Origin: Lepidodermella squamata | Lineage: Eukaryota; Animalia; Gastrotricha | Assembly (NCBI GenBank): GCA_047495785.1 | Contig: JBLDXI010000009.1 | Coordinates: 3,410,001 to 3,474,000 of the forward strand | DNA: 64,000 nt | Reading direction: 5' to 3' | Shown: positions 1 through 12,147 of the stretch, piece by piece | Position numbering within the stretch: the first letter of the stretch is position 1 | How the letters are laid out: every line of letters begins with the position of its first letter | The notes under the pieces: model-generated | Told to the model about the DNA's origin: nothing | Seen by the model: only the letters and a program-made list of their open reading frames with translations | Databases searched by the model: none | Made by a program: the position numbers and the translations under genes

Positions 1-1491
1 GTTCTTCGCGAAAATGGTCGTCGACGCCGTTTCTCACCTTGACGATCTGCTGCCCCTTGACATGATCGCCATGAAGAAAGTCGCTGGCGGCGCTCTTGAA
101 GACTCGATCCTCGTATCTGGTGTCGCTTTCAAGAAGACCTTCAGCTACGCCGGTTTCGAGATGCAGCCGAAGAAGTACAAGGACGCGACCATCGCCCTGT
201 TGAACATTGAGCTGGAGCTCAAGTCTGAGAAGGAAAACGCCGAGGTGCGCCTGAAGTCGGTCGACGAGTACAAGGCCGTTGTCGACGCTGAGTGGCGCAT
301 TTTGTACGAGAAGCTCGAGGCACTGCACAAGGCCGGCGTCACCGTTGTGCTGTCGAAGCTGCCCATCGGCGATGTTGCCACGCAGTGGTTCGCCGACCGT
401 GACATGTTCTGCGCTGGCCGCGTTCCGGAGGACGATCTGCGCCGTGCCATGAAGGCTTGCGGTGGTTCGATCCAGACGTCGGTGTCAAATCTGACCAAGG
501 ACTTGCTCGGCCATTGCGACGTGTTCGAGGAGCGTCAAATCGGCGGTGAGCGTTTCAACATTTTCACCGGCTGCCCGCACGCCAAGACGTGCACGTTGAT
601 TCTGCGCGGCGGTGCCGAGCAGTTCATTGAGGAGGCTGAGCGGTCGCTGCACGATGCCATCATGATTGTGCGCCGCATGCGCAAGAACGACGCCGTTGTT
701 GCTGGCGGTGGCGCTGTTGAGATGGAACTGTCGCGCTTCCTGCGCGACTATGCTCTGTCCATTGCAGGTAAATTATTACGATTTATGAGACCTATCAAGG
801 AAACTTGAATATTGAGAGCGAGTGAGAATTCGGTATTTATTTAAAATTCTCGAGGTTAATTGAATAGTTAACCAGGCGGAGTCCAATTTTGACCGTTGAG
901 ACAACTCAATTAATTCGTCGGTGTAAAAAGATAATTTTTTGGTTTTTTGATTTTCCGATCCAATTTCCGCATTTCGTTTGAATTTCGAAGTTTTGTCTTT
1001 TGGATTCAATTTGATCTCAAAATCGACGTACTTATTTTCTAATTTTTCCAATTTTCCCAATAAATTTGACAACTGCACTTCATAAAAAATTTGAAATCTT
1101 GATGAATACTTTTTTTTAATTTAATTTTTCTAACCATGCCAATTTTTTATATTTAGGTAAAGAGCAGCTGTTGATTCTGGCCTTCGCCCGTGCTTTGGAA
1201 GTCATTCCGCGCCAACTGAGCGACAACGCTGGTTTCGACGCGACCAACATGCTGAACAAGCTGCGCCAGAAGCACTCAGCCGCCGGCGGTATGTGGTTTG
1301 GCGTTGATGTTGCCAGCGAGTCGATCGCCGACAACTTCGAGCGCTGCGTCTGGGAACCGGCCGTTGTCAAGATCAACGCGCTGCAGTCGGCCTCCGAGGC
1401 CGCTTGCCTTATTCTCAGTGTCGACGAGACTGTCAAGGCGCCGAAGGCTCACAACCCGTCCGACCAGGCTCGCGGTCGCATGGGCTTCTAA
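1..1491 (+). CDS. CCT7: T-complex protein 1 subunit eta (CCT7), 3' part; exons <1-767 and 1157-1491
   Basis: Translation [10 protein letters not shown]...[20 protein letters not shown]...[25 protein letters not shown]...[19 protein letters not shown] is the CCT-eta signature. Intron 768-1156 (G|GTAAAT...TTTAG|GT) restores [13 protein letters not shown]. Confidence 0.96.
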
Positions 1492-2052
1492 GAAGCTGCA
1501 AACGTGGCAATAGGTAACAGCACTAGTGATCCATTCAACCATCCCCATGACTGCTGCTGATAATTATGAGACTGTGATTCCCGAAAACAAAGGATCGAAA
1601 AACTTGTAGTCTTTTGCTTATTATGTCTGCAGTGTGTTACAAAAACCTGTGTTTATTGCTGGTATAAAACAAAAATTTACGTTTAAGCAAAAAAAAAATC
1701 ACGCGCACGCGTTGCATGAAGTGAGGAATAAGTACGTGTATGTGGATGCAATCTTATATTGAGAACGTGGAAACGTTTCGAATAAAACGGCGCACCAATG
1801 TTTTGAATTGCGTTTTTTCCAAATTCCAATCCGAGACATTAAGAAAAGCTAAAAAAAACAGAACCGGCCACCAAGCAAATTTCAGGTTTCGGTTTACTTT
1901 GTTCCCGTCGTTTTCATGTTTAGTTACGTGCATCTTACAGTTTGTTCAGTTACTTCAAATCTCTTGGTAGAAATAAATGCAAAAATATTCATGGTTCATG
2001 ATCACGAGTATTCTCAAGCGAACAGTAATTATTTATATTAGTTTTGATTTGT

Positions 2053-3097
2053 TTACATGACCGTCCCCATTCGACTGAACTGCTTCGAGGCATCGGAAAT
2101 GTTTTTGACCTTGTCTTCGGTCGCAGTCGTGTCCTTGCATCGTCGAAGGTACTCCCCATACGTCTCATAAGGGTGTTTACAAACATCGAGCTGTCGAGTC
2201 GTATCGCCAAATGTCCGACCGTGCCGATAATTCGCCTCTGCAAATTAAAATTAAAATGATGAAAAAAATTCGAAAATTAAATTTACGGGGCACATAGACT
2301 CGAGATTTCGGAACAACACCATCCGGGTAGTACGCTTTCCTAATAGAGTCATCGATGAAGCTCTGAGTCGGCCATTTTGTTGGATGTCTCGCATTCAGAT
2401 CACCCGGAAATTCCTCTCCGAATTTAATCTGGTACCTGGTCCAGAAATCATCGAGCGCTTCATCACTGATCACGTGATACCTCGATCCGACGCCGATTTG
2501 CGTTGTGTGAATCCGCGGCACGTGACCCGTGTAGCCCGGAATAGGCGCTTCATCCGCCTTTTTGCGGCTCAAACTGCCCGGATCGACATCCTTGTACTTG
2601 CCATACGGCTGGGCGTTCGGGTTAGCCTGACCATCATGGGCCGTAGATTTTGCTAACTGGTCGGACATAACCATGGATTGGTGCAAATTTTGCATCCGCC
2701 GCCCTGTGTCTTTGTTGCGCTCGATGAAATTATCGACACATTCATTCGCCAAACGCGTGAAAGTTTTCGAATGGCGATGCGTGAGTTCGGGCACGAACCC
2801 GCTGTAGCCGGGAATTATGTCCCGCGTGTACCGGTTCTGCCCGCTCGGTTCCGGTAATTTATTGCGAAATTTGTCCGTGAAATCAACCGGCGGCCGGGCC
2901 TCGATGTGCCGGTGCGGGTAGTCACGTGCCAGGTCTCGCGTTTGATTCGCGAACGTCTTGCCGTAGTTGTACTTGACCTGGGGGCAAAAGCCGAGGTAAC
3001 CCGGCACCTGGGCGCAGTGGAAGTCCTCCGACGGCCGGATCGACGAGCTGAGCGGCGCATCGACGGTAGCCGATCGCGGCAACGAGCCTTCGGCCAT
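2053..3097 (-). CDS. FAM166/CIMIP2-family ciliary microtubule inner protein, ~331 aa; exons 3097-2287 and 2237-2053
   Basis: Repeated PYG-type motifs (VPGYLGFCPQVKYNYGKTF, IPGYSGFVP, IPGYTGHVP). Removing the 49-nt intron 2238-2286 gives YVPQANYRHGRTFGDTTR. A possible 5'UTR intron lies at 3102-3166. Confidence 0.82.
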
Positions 3098-3249
3098 TTT
3101 TCTAGCAAGTTAAATTTACTGACCAGGAATTCGCGTAAAGGCTTCCTCTGCTTTCAATAGCTATACCTACAACCCGTGCTGGGTATTGAATGAAAAAAGA
3201 ACACAGCGCGGTGCGATTCTATATTATTATTGACGGCTGCCTCATGTGC

Positions 3250-3262
3250 GTCGCTTAGCAAC
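3250..3262. promoter_or_regulatory. RFX X-box
   Basis: GTCGCTTAGCAAC matches the imperfect-palindrome X-box consensus and lies ~150 bp upstream of the ciliary gene ATG. Confidence 0.65.
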
Positions 3263-6200
3263 GGCGTGCGGTCCAGGCGCAGGTAGTAGCGAGAAAATCG
3301 TTTGATTACGTCTACTGGGCACATGTTGTAGTAAGTACCTTACTAATAAAGCCGGCCCCGAGACATGCCGCAATGTGAGCAATGAAACTTGAATATTAGG
3401 GACGCTTCTTACGGGTGGAAATGAAATGCAAAGCGCCCGAGGCAAACTGGGACTTTAAATTTGCGACATAGAAATTATAAAAACAAAGATTGACCCATCT
3501 GAGCGAAAATTGATAGCTTTAAGGCTGAAATAGGCATTTTCTTATAACGTGAAGAAAATTCTGCGATATTCAACTTATTAATACGCAGTTTGAAAATCAT
3601 ATTTTATTGCTCATACAAATCAAATGGATATTTTTTAAACCATCAAATAAATTAAATGAATATCAGATGAGCAAAAATGGGAAGAATGGAACAAAAATAA
3701 CAGTAAAAATAGTGAAAAATATCGAAGGCCGCTCGATGGCCGCTTTCGATGAGTCTTTCGATTGAGCGATGCGATTGTCATCAAAGTAGCCAGAATAATA
3801 CGCATCTCGCCAATACGTAGTCGGCGTGTATCGAAAAGTGACTTGTAGATCGAGAAAGCTCAGTTTAGGTCCGACCAGCTCAATGTCCAACCGAATGCTC
3901 GAACCATTTATTCCAATTTGTGAATTCACTAGGACTAGAGATTGATTTTGCAACAGCGGCCAATTGCGGTAGAAAATAAACTGGCTATCGTCACTCGTGA
4001 CAGCAATTTGAGGATTGCACACCTCCGAGTTGGCGCCACATCTCCACACCTGACGACCAACTTTCGATAGGAAACACTCCAGCGTCAATTTTCGTCGATT
4101 TTCAACTTTTTGATAAAAATACGAAAACATTATTGTGTACCTCGGCGGATATACGGCAACAAAATCCGACTCTGTATAGTAGAGATTGCAAGGAGGTGGT
4201 GAGAAAACTTTCAAAATATTCAGCTGGCGCGGCCCGTAAGTGTAGACACCCTGATGTTTCGACAGATCGATTTCGCCCAAATTAATGTTCAAATTCGACG
4301 AAACTAGTCTGAATTCATCGGGCACATTATTGTAGGACGTATATTGAGAAAATTGCCAGGTCCATTCAGGATTTTTCCCGAGCTCGTCAGCAGGCTCCAT
4401 CGTATAGAAATAGCCGTCTTCCTTTTCCACATGGCTCAATATGATAATCGGGAAATTTGTTTTCGGCATTTCTATAGCTTGAATGTTGGATTTTCGAAAA
4501 TGATACGCAAAATATGGGTGGTCATCACAGTTTCGCTTGACGTCTTTTTCAGTACAACCACACTGAGTTGAATTTTCGAAAAATTCACAGTTCAACGTCA
4601 AATTTACAGGTGTTTGCCAAAAATTGAAGCCGATACAATGTTTCGAAATATCACATTCATTTTTGCAAAATTCGACGCTATTCATGACTTGAATCGATTT
4701 GTAAGCGCTGCATCGATTGCAACGGCCAATAAATCTCCTATAACGACCGCCGAATGTGTCGTCCCACCAATTTTTGCAGGACGGAACGTCGCAAAAGTCC
4801 TTCACTAAATGCGAAAAACCAGGTCGTTGAACGAAGCAAAACGGCCGGTTCACTTTGAAATCGGGCAGAACCCGGCAGTAATTTTTTGCCGATATTGGAG
4901 GCCGGTTTCTGGTTGGATATAGTGAATATTCATGATCTCGCCAATTTTCACATGGCAGATTGTAACATGCCGATTGTTTGACATAACCGGCGTATTTTTC
5001 GCTGCTTTCTGGACGGAAACAGTTGATGGCAAGATCGCGACGAAATTTCGACGGAGCCACCTTAACTTCAATACTGAACTGAATTTTCTGCTGAATAACA
5101 AACGCGTCGCCAATAGAAATTTTCAAAATATAGAGCCCGGCTAGTGAACGGCGCAAGTTCTGAAGGTCGTTGAAATCCGCGAAATAAGGTTCGAATTTCA
5201 TGATGACTTCAAACATCCTTTCATGGGCTCTTTTCGCGGTGAACTGAATAGGCAATTTCGAGTCACCCTTCGTTTCAAATGTAACATTGGACTCGCGCCT
5301 TTTCTCGGCATCTGAAGCCTGGGAAATTGCTGTGATAACGGTCGGATAGCAGGCGATTGAACGCTCCAATGAACATGGAACAGCATTTTCAGGAATAAGT
5401 TCAATTTTGAAGTTGATCGACAGAATGGATCCAGGCTCGATTCGAAGCTCGAAATGAAAATCTTTCGCTGAAGACGGTCTGATGTTAACAGGTTGAGCCT
5501 CAGCTGCATATTCCAACCATACGGAAGCATCAAATAGGTGTTCGGCTTCGAATGGAGGCAATTCGAGTTGTTCAATCGCAAAATCAGTCGAGTTTCTTAA
5601 ACTTGAGCTAACAGGAGGTGGGATGAAGTTCAATTGAAAGTTGTAGTCACCCTGGCTGTTAGCTGGGATAACAACGGTTGCTGATAGAATTTTCGAGCTA
5701 TTTCGATAGGTTGCATTTGAAGGAAACGATGCTAGGCCGCCCTTAGAATTTCTCACAGAAATGACTGGATTGCAAACGTTAGATCCGCAAAATTCGATTT
5801 TTCTCGTTCCAACGTAGCACGCCCAGGTGAGGTAAATCAGGCGTAATCCCGGGCTAACGGTGAATTTGATCTCGTAAATTCTTTCCTCCTGTTTCATGAA
5901 TGTGTTGTTGAGAAATATTCGGCATAGCAGCCGCTCGTGTACAGTGACTTGGTGGTACTCGGAAGATCCATTGAATAAGCATCGGTACAGACCGGTATCA
6001 GGTTTGAGTAAAACGTTGGTTTTCCTCTGACGGAGGCCGAATTCTGGTTTCTCGGCGAAATTCAGGTAAGCACCTCGCTGCGCGGCCACGCTCAATCCCC
6101 ATCGACCGTCAGCCAAGACTAACATGAAAATATAAAATTCGAGTCAATTGAATTTTCAAATTTCAGAATTTTAAGATCAGAAGTTATAATTTTTTATAAT

Positions 6201-8043
6201 GTTACCCATTTCTGCCCGATTCGGAAAACAAATTGGCCATAATACTGAAAAGCGGTACAATTTTGTACACTTGCTTCCACGCAAACTAACAAATCGCGCT
6301 TGCGAATGGAAAATGCGATTTTAGTCCGGTTTTTGACGTATTTCGATCAGGGCCGTGCCAACGATCATCCCCGTATTTTTTATTAATTTTTATTCGCAAG
6401 CGTTAGCTGTTTGGAAGGGGTACCCCAAAAGAACAATTTTGGACAGTAAGCAATTAGCAATAAAATTGATAATAAAAAATCCACCTTAATATTGGCGTAA
6501 CTATTTTTGAATCAAAAAATGCATTTCGTTCGTTGCGGATTTATTTCATTCCGAATTTGTTCAAATACGCTATCTCTGCCATGGTTCGGAAACAGAAGAA
6601 AAAGGTTAGGCAATACACTGATGAAGAGATGATCGATGCGATTACCTTGGTCAAATCGGGTGCACATCCTTTACGCGAAGTTTACAAAGAAAGGGTCGAA
6701 AAATGGGGCATCTCATTGGGAACGTTCAACAACCGAGTCCTCCAGCGGCACAGCGGTTCCATTGGCCACCCGACCGTCTTATCTCCCGAAGAAGAAGAAA
6801 ACCTCGCTCGACTCGTTAGGGCCACTCAAGATTGGGCCATTCCGCTAACAAAGGAAGAGATAATGGAAATCGGGTCTAAAATTGCTTCTATCGAGTTGGC
6901 GGATGACTGGTTTACTGCCTTTATCCTTATCCCTTAAATCAGGTCTGAAATTGCTTTTTAGCCATGTTCTTTGTCTTCATCTCAAAGCTACAAAACAAGC
7001 ATTTCAGCCCTTATGAGCTCAATCTGATCAAAGTCGCTCTTCAAGTGATTTCAAGAGCGCGAAAATGTGACGCATCGGCTCAAAACGAGAAGGTATTTGA
7101 TTACTACTGACATTGTGCTTCGATTCTTACCCTTTTGGGGACAAACATGCAAAATTTAGTTTTTCTGTCTTTCATATAAACATTTGTTTGCAAGTTACAG
7201 GCGCCATTCATGTTCACAGGCCCAGCAGAAATTAAGCGGACAAATTTAGGTTTAGTCTCAGCCTAGCCTAAGTTTGCAGCGTTTAGGCTGTTATAGATCT
7301 CCTCAATAATTGAGGGCAAGGTGATCTTGAGGAAAACGTATGCGGAACAAAAGTTGGATGAGAAGAAGGTGGCTGCAATCTTTAGTAAGTTTCAAGTTCC
7401 TAGAAGTTCAACAGAGTAATTTTTCTTTAGAGTTTGCCTCTCATAAAACTGCCCTTACAAAAAAGACACGATCGAAAACCAACGAATTCGAAAGCGCATA
7501 TCAAAACAGTGCTCCGAAAAATACCATGAGCTGAATAAATGAGGCTCTTCGTAGTAAGCGAATGACTCAAACCATTGCTGCTACGACTTACTGCGTAAGC
7601 AATGCACGACATCACGCGGGATTAATCATCCACCGATGCCTGCGGAACCTCGATTCATACAGTCATTCGTACAAGAAAAGTGTTTCTGTATTCTGAGTAA
7701 ATCCGAGATTGCTTTTCTCCCTAACCGGAACCACCCAGGGACCCCGTTCCGGGAGCATATAGGGTAAATTTCAGATAAAATTGATAGAAAATACAATATC
7801 TACCTTAAAAATCTGCGAATTTTGAATTTTTTCTTTTTTCACTTTTTCACTCATTTTGTTTTGCGCGAATTTAAAGGAATTTAAGAAATCCTTAACGGTG
7901 TTGAGGGCAGAAACGAGATTCGGCTGAAATGTCGTTTGGATGATCCGATCGCAGTCGAGGATGGATCAAGATTCTGCTTTGTGACGATATTCAGAAAATT
8001 TACCGCTATGCGACCACCCGGCTAGAACGAACCAGATAAGCCG

Positions 8044-9491
8044 ATGTTTCTGACGCCAATTGCCCATCCGAAACCTGGAGCAGCAGTTTGGTACAGGCGA
8101 CAGGCGCTTGGTGAAATCCCCCTTGGTGAGATTGTGAAAAGAGCGGCGGAGAAAGCTGGAATCAAGGGGAAAAAGCTGACGAATCATTCACTGCGTAAGT
8201 TTTGCGCGGCAGCTTTGAAAGACGTTTTATCAGACCGGGAAGTGATGAAAATTACTGGACACAAGAACTTGGCAAGCCTCAATGCCCACGACCGACTGTC
8301 AACGAAGCGAAAAATTGAAAATTCGGAGATCTTCTCGAAGAAGGCCGGTGGAGAGAAGGCAGGAACATCTGGCCAGCCTGATATCCCGGATCTGGCTTCC
8401 AATGAGAAGAAGTTGAAAATTGTGCACGATGACAACTTAAATCTTCCTCCTGCTGAACCTGCTCAATTAACCCTTTCACGGCGGGAAGGACGATTTCGGA
8501 ATTTCGACTTTGAATATTCACAGAAACTTGAATTCGATGAATTTTTGATCGCCCTTTTCAGGAATATTGCTTTTCGATGTTGGCTACAAGATTTTGAGAC
8601 CAGGGCGCCGTTATCTTGCATGGTCAGGACATACAAGCAATTTGAAAATAGTCAACCTGAGATTGAAATTTCGATTTTTTTCAACTTGAAATCTCATAGG
8701 TTTCTGATCATCTTTTGATCCAACAAAAAATACCACCGTGTCCGCCATAGTCTCATTGACCTCTGTGTAAATTATTTCGAGTTGGAAATTAAAAATGACG
8801 ACGCTATTGAGATTTAATCAAACCGGCCGAAATCGTCCTATCCGCCAGGACTCATACAGGCGGAGTGCGTGGTTTTTGTGCTGCAAAAACTGTCGCGAGC
8901 AAAAACTGGAAAAGCTGAATTCAGATCTGAATGCTGAGCCTCTGAAACTTTTTAAAACTGAATGTTTTCGGCGATTTAAGTTAGGGAGAATCTTAGGGAC
9001 ATTCATGGGAGTAATTTATAATCTAAAATTCCAAAGCTGGAGGCACCTGACACAGAAATTAGGGTGTTCGAAAAATCTGCTGAAATCAGCTGGGCGGATA
9101 GGACGATTTCGGCCAGTTTTTATACAGCATTAACGGTGATAGATAGAGATAAACGGGTTTCAAAATCGCGATCAGGGCCCTCTAAAACCCCTAGAACTGC
9201 CGTCAAATATTTTTTTTCCCGCAGATAAATAATTCCGCCATGAAAGGGTTAACAAGTATCGTTACCTACAGCCAGCTGGTCCCAGGTGATCCTCAGTACC
9301 AATGGCCAGAGATCCAGGTTCCCCCGCAATCAGGCCAAGACCTTGAAAACTTGGGTGGTCTCCTAGTCAGCAGTCAAACCATGCGATTCGGTGTCGGAAT
9401 GCGTAGCCAAAGCACTGCACATTTTCGTATGCCGCTCAGCTTCGCGTCCGGCGGTACCTTCAACAACTGCACTTTCCATATTGGCAATTGA
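8044..9491 (+). mobile_element. Crypton-type tyrosine recombinase remnant, split by a piggyBac MITE
   Basis: FLTP...WYRRQALG...AGIKGKKLTNHSLRK...ITGHKNLASLNAH. Removing 8471-9248 and one TTAA joins it in frame to a C-terminus ending GTFNNCTFHIGN. The expected catalytic Tyr position is His. Confidence 0.8.
8471..9248. mobile_element. piggyBac-type MITE, 778 bp
   Basis: TTAA TSD at 8467-8470 and 9249-9252; TIRs CCCTTTCACGGCGG / CCGCCATGAAAGGG; internal 27-bp inverted repeat at 8820-8846 and 9093-9119. Confidence 0.9.
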
Positions 9492-9746
9492 CGGAAAGTC
9501 TTCTTGTGACCTCAGTCAACTTTTGTTCAAGACATTTTTCATTGTTTGTTGTTAATCTGGTGCAATTAATTAATGAGCTTAAATAAAAGTGCCAAAACTC
9601 ATAAACTTAGCTGCTTTAATTTGCCACGGTTGTTGCGAGATGGTTTGCGAGAATAAAAAGCAATAAACCTGCGAGCATTATAATCCCAAAATTTTAAGCG
9701 CGAGTTAGTTCGAAAATAAAACACCCACCTTAATTTTGATATTTGA

Positions 9747-9781
9747 AGTGTTTCTGTATTGTACAGGAATACAGAAACACT
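9747..9781. repeat. loxP/FRT-like palindrome (14-bp arms, 7-bp spacer)
   Basis: AGTGTTTCTGTATT-GTACAGG-AATACAGAAACACT; the same arm recurs at 7679-7692 on the other side of the recombinase ORF. Confidence 0.75.
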
Positions 9782-11199
9782 ATTTCTGTATCGCTTTTAA
9801 ACGCCAATCATCGGAGAATACCCTATCCGAATTTTGCGGGCTCGGCTACAATTTTTTGTATGTTTGATCACTAAGCGACGCCAATCAAGGGAGGAGCCGA
9901 AAATCCATCTGACGATAATATCTACTTCTATGTCCCATGGTTTCGTTATGACATCGAAGATTCTGACTGGAACTACCTTTTTCCCGCAATCAGCCTACTT
10001 ACTTGTTTTACTTACTTCTTTTTTGGACACAGGCTGAACGCTCAAGTAAACCCGGCGAGAGGGCCGGTTACAGTGTGCTGGCTGCATGTAGCGATGTTTA
10101 TGGTATATCAATTCGGGTCATCCAGGCAGATTTCGTCGATGGCCATGTCTTTGAGCCCGAAGCTCATTCAATTAAGCCCCGGACCTGACGCTAGCGTATG
10201 TCAACAGAAACCATTACTGGGCGCTTAAGAAGAAAGCAGCCGAAAAACCCTCGATTTCGCTGTCCTCAATCGGTCCGATGTCAACTGCGGCTAAGAAGAC
10301 GCGACTCTCATAAATTGAAAGAAATGTCCACGTTTTTGTGTTCTTAATAAATATTCAGTTGATACAATCCGATAAAGACGAGAGAAAAAGTTACTTTTTC
10401 AATAATCATGCAACATTCAATCTTTTGTTATTACCATCTTTGTTACTAATCGGCTTAGAAGGGATGTTTAACGATACGATTTGGATAACACTTGCTAATT
10501 CACTCTAAAAATCCACATCGATAACATTCGATAACATTCTTAATCGCATAATGATTCATGATTCAAACCTCAAAATTTGTACACTGATGCGAAAACCGTT
10601 AAAAAATGCGAAACTAAAATTATACTTCAACGCAACTAACCTGAAAACTTTTCGATTTCAAACTTTTCCCAGCGAACTTGTGGCAAGTAAAAATCGGAGA
10701 CGTATTCAGCGATTTTGCAAGCAATTGTCACATCTCTAACTCCTTCTTCAAATTCATGAACCGTGAACGACTCGCCCGGTGAATCTTTATTTGTCTCAAC
10801 GTCAGGGACAGCTTTTTTGCGATAGTACCATGTCTTCAACTGACTGGAACAGAAGCCCACATCGTAACAGGAACACTTCTTCAAGTAGCACCTGACGACA
10901 CCCGGCTTCGAAAAATCGGCATTAAATCCTGCGCAATCGCTGTTTAAATCGCAAAAATCAGCACACCTTGAGGACAAATTCGCAAGATTATTAATGACAA
11001 TTTAAGAACGCATAATCACAGTAGCTTACACTTGAACGGATGGTACATGTGAAGAGTTGAGATGCTTGATATAATACCTGGCTTTCTTAGTGCCATTCAA
11101 GCACTTCTCACGGACGTGTTCCTGAGCATAGCAATTTGTGAACTCGATCAACGGCCTATCCTCTTCCACTAAATGCGTACAGGCGCAGTGGGCGTATAA

Positions 11200-12147
11200 A
11201 GGTGGATTCACTAATGTGCGACAGGTACGACAAGTGTCGTACTGTCGCATGCGACTGTCGCAGCTCTGTCGCATCAAATCCGCGGACGACAGCCGAGGGA
11301 TAGTCACAGTCGTATGCGCACAAAACAATGACACGCGCGGGCGCTGAGACAGTGTCGCGCGCGGCTGATTTTTATATGAAAGGAAACCAAATTTGCAAAA
11401 AATTTGTCCAACTAAGTTTTTAACCAGAAAAATCGTTATTTTCGACATCAGTTACTCTATTTCCGCGTATTTTCATCGAAATTTGATAATTTTAATTATT
11501 TTCACCTAGCACGGCACCACCTCGCGGATTATTGAGGGCGCTAACAACTTTTTTATTTAAATTTTATTAAGGAAGAAATTCGTAGTCATTTGATAGAGAA
11601 TTGTTTTAGTTTTAATTTGGTATAAAAGCCGCCGTTGTTTTCGAAATTAGCTTTTTGACATTTTAGTGCGCGCGGCCACCGTTTTGTTAAAAATTTTGAT
11701 GTGGTGTTTCGCGCCTTAGAGTAATAGTGCGTTTGTCTATTCCTCCAGGTTTCGCGCAGAAGTCCACTGTTATACTTCGATTGCGCGCTTGAAGTGGACC
11801 GAACTAGGACGTTGTTTTACCTGCTGTCGGACGATTCTAAGCTGTCGTGTCGCACACGCGAAATTCCACCAAAATCGCGCGTGCGATGCGACAGGCCAGG
11901 TCCATGCGACAAAATCCTTTGTTTGAGTGCGCGCGCCCTAGTCGAATCTTGTCGCACGCGCACATTGTTCTCTGACTAGCATTTATGAACACTCGGCGCG
12001 ACTGTCGTACGAAACGCTGATGCGACGGTACGACGCGCGACAACGTCGGATAGTATATGAACAACGATGCGATTTTCGCACCCGACAGTGCGACGGTCGT
12101 ATGCGAAATATTCGTATCCGAAAATTCGCACATTAGTGAATCCACCT
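11200..12147. mobile_element. PIF/Harbinger-type non-autonomous element, 948 bp, inserted in G6 exon 6
   Basis: 22-bp perfect TIR AGGTGGATTCACTAATGTGCGA; 3-bp TAA TSD at 11197-11199 and 12148-12150; many subterminal TGTCGCA/TGCGACA motifs. Confidence 0.92.

Larger units (their letters stand above)
6243..10313 (+). mobile_element. Pogo/Tigger-like DNA transposon remnant, copy 1 (HTH_psq N-terminus plus OTU C-terminus), in G6 intron 7
   Basis: ORF 6533-6937 (RQYTDEEMIDAI...GISLGTF...GHPTVLSPEEEENL) is psq/CENP-B-type HTH. OTU fragment ~10035-10230 (AACSDVYGISIRVIQ...LAYVNRNHYWAL). Terminal motif GCGGTACAATTTTGTACA at ~6252 and ACAATTTTGGACA at ~6433. Confidence 0.7.

Noticed and set aside
11200-12147. 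Harbinger MITE removed as an intron
   Set aside because: Using the TIR donor (AG|GTGGAT) and the TIR AG leaves 16 extra nt, which is a frameshift.
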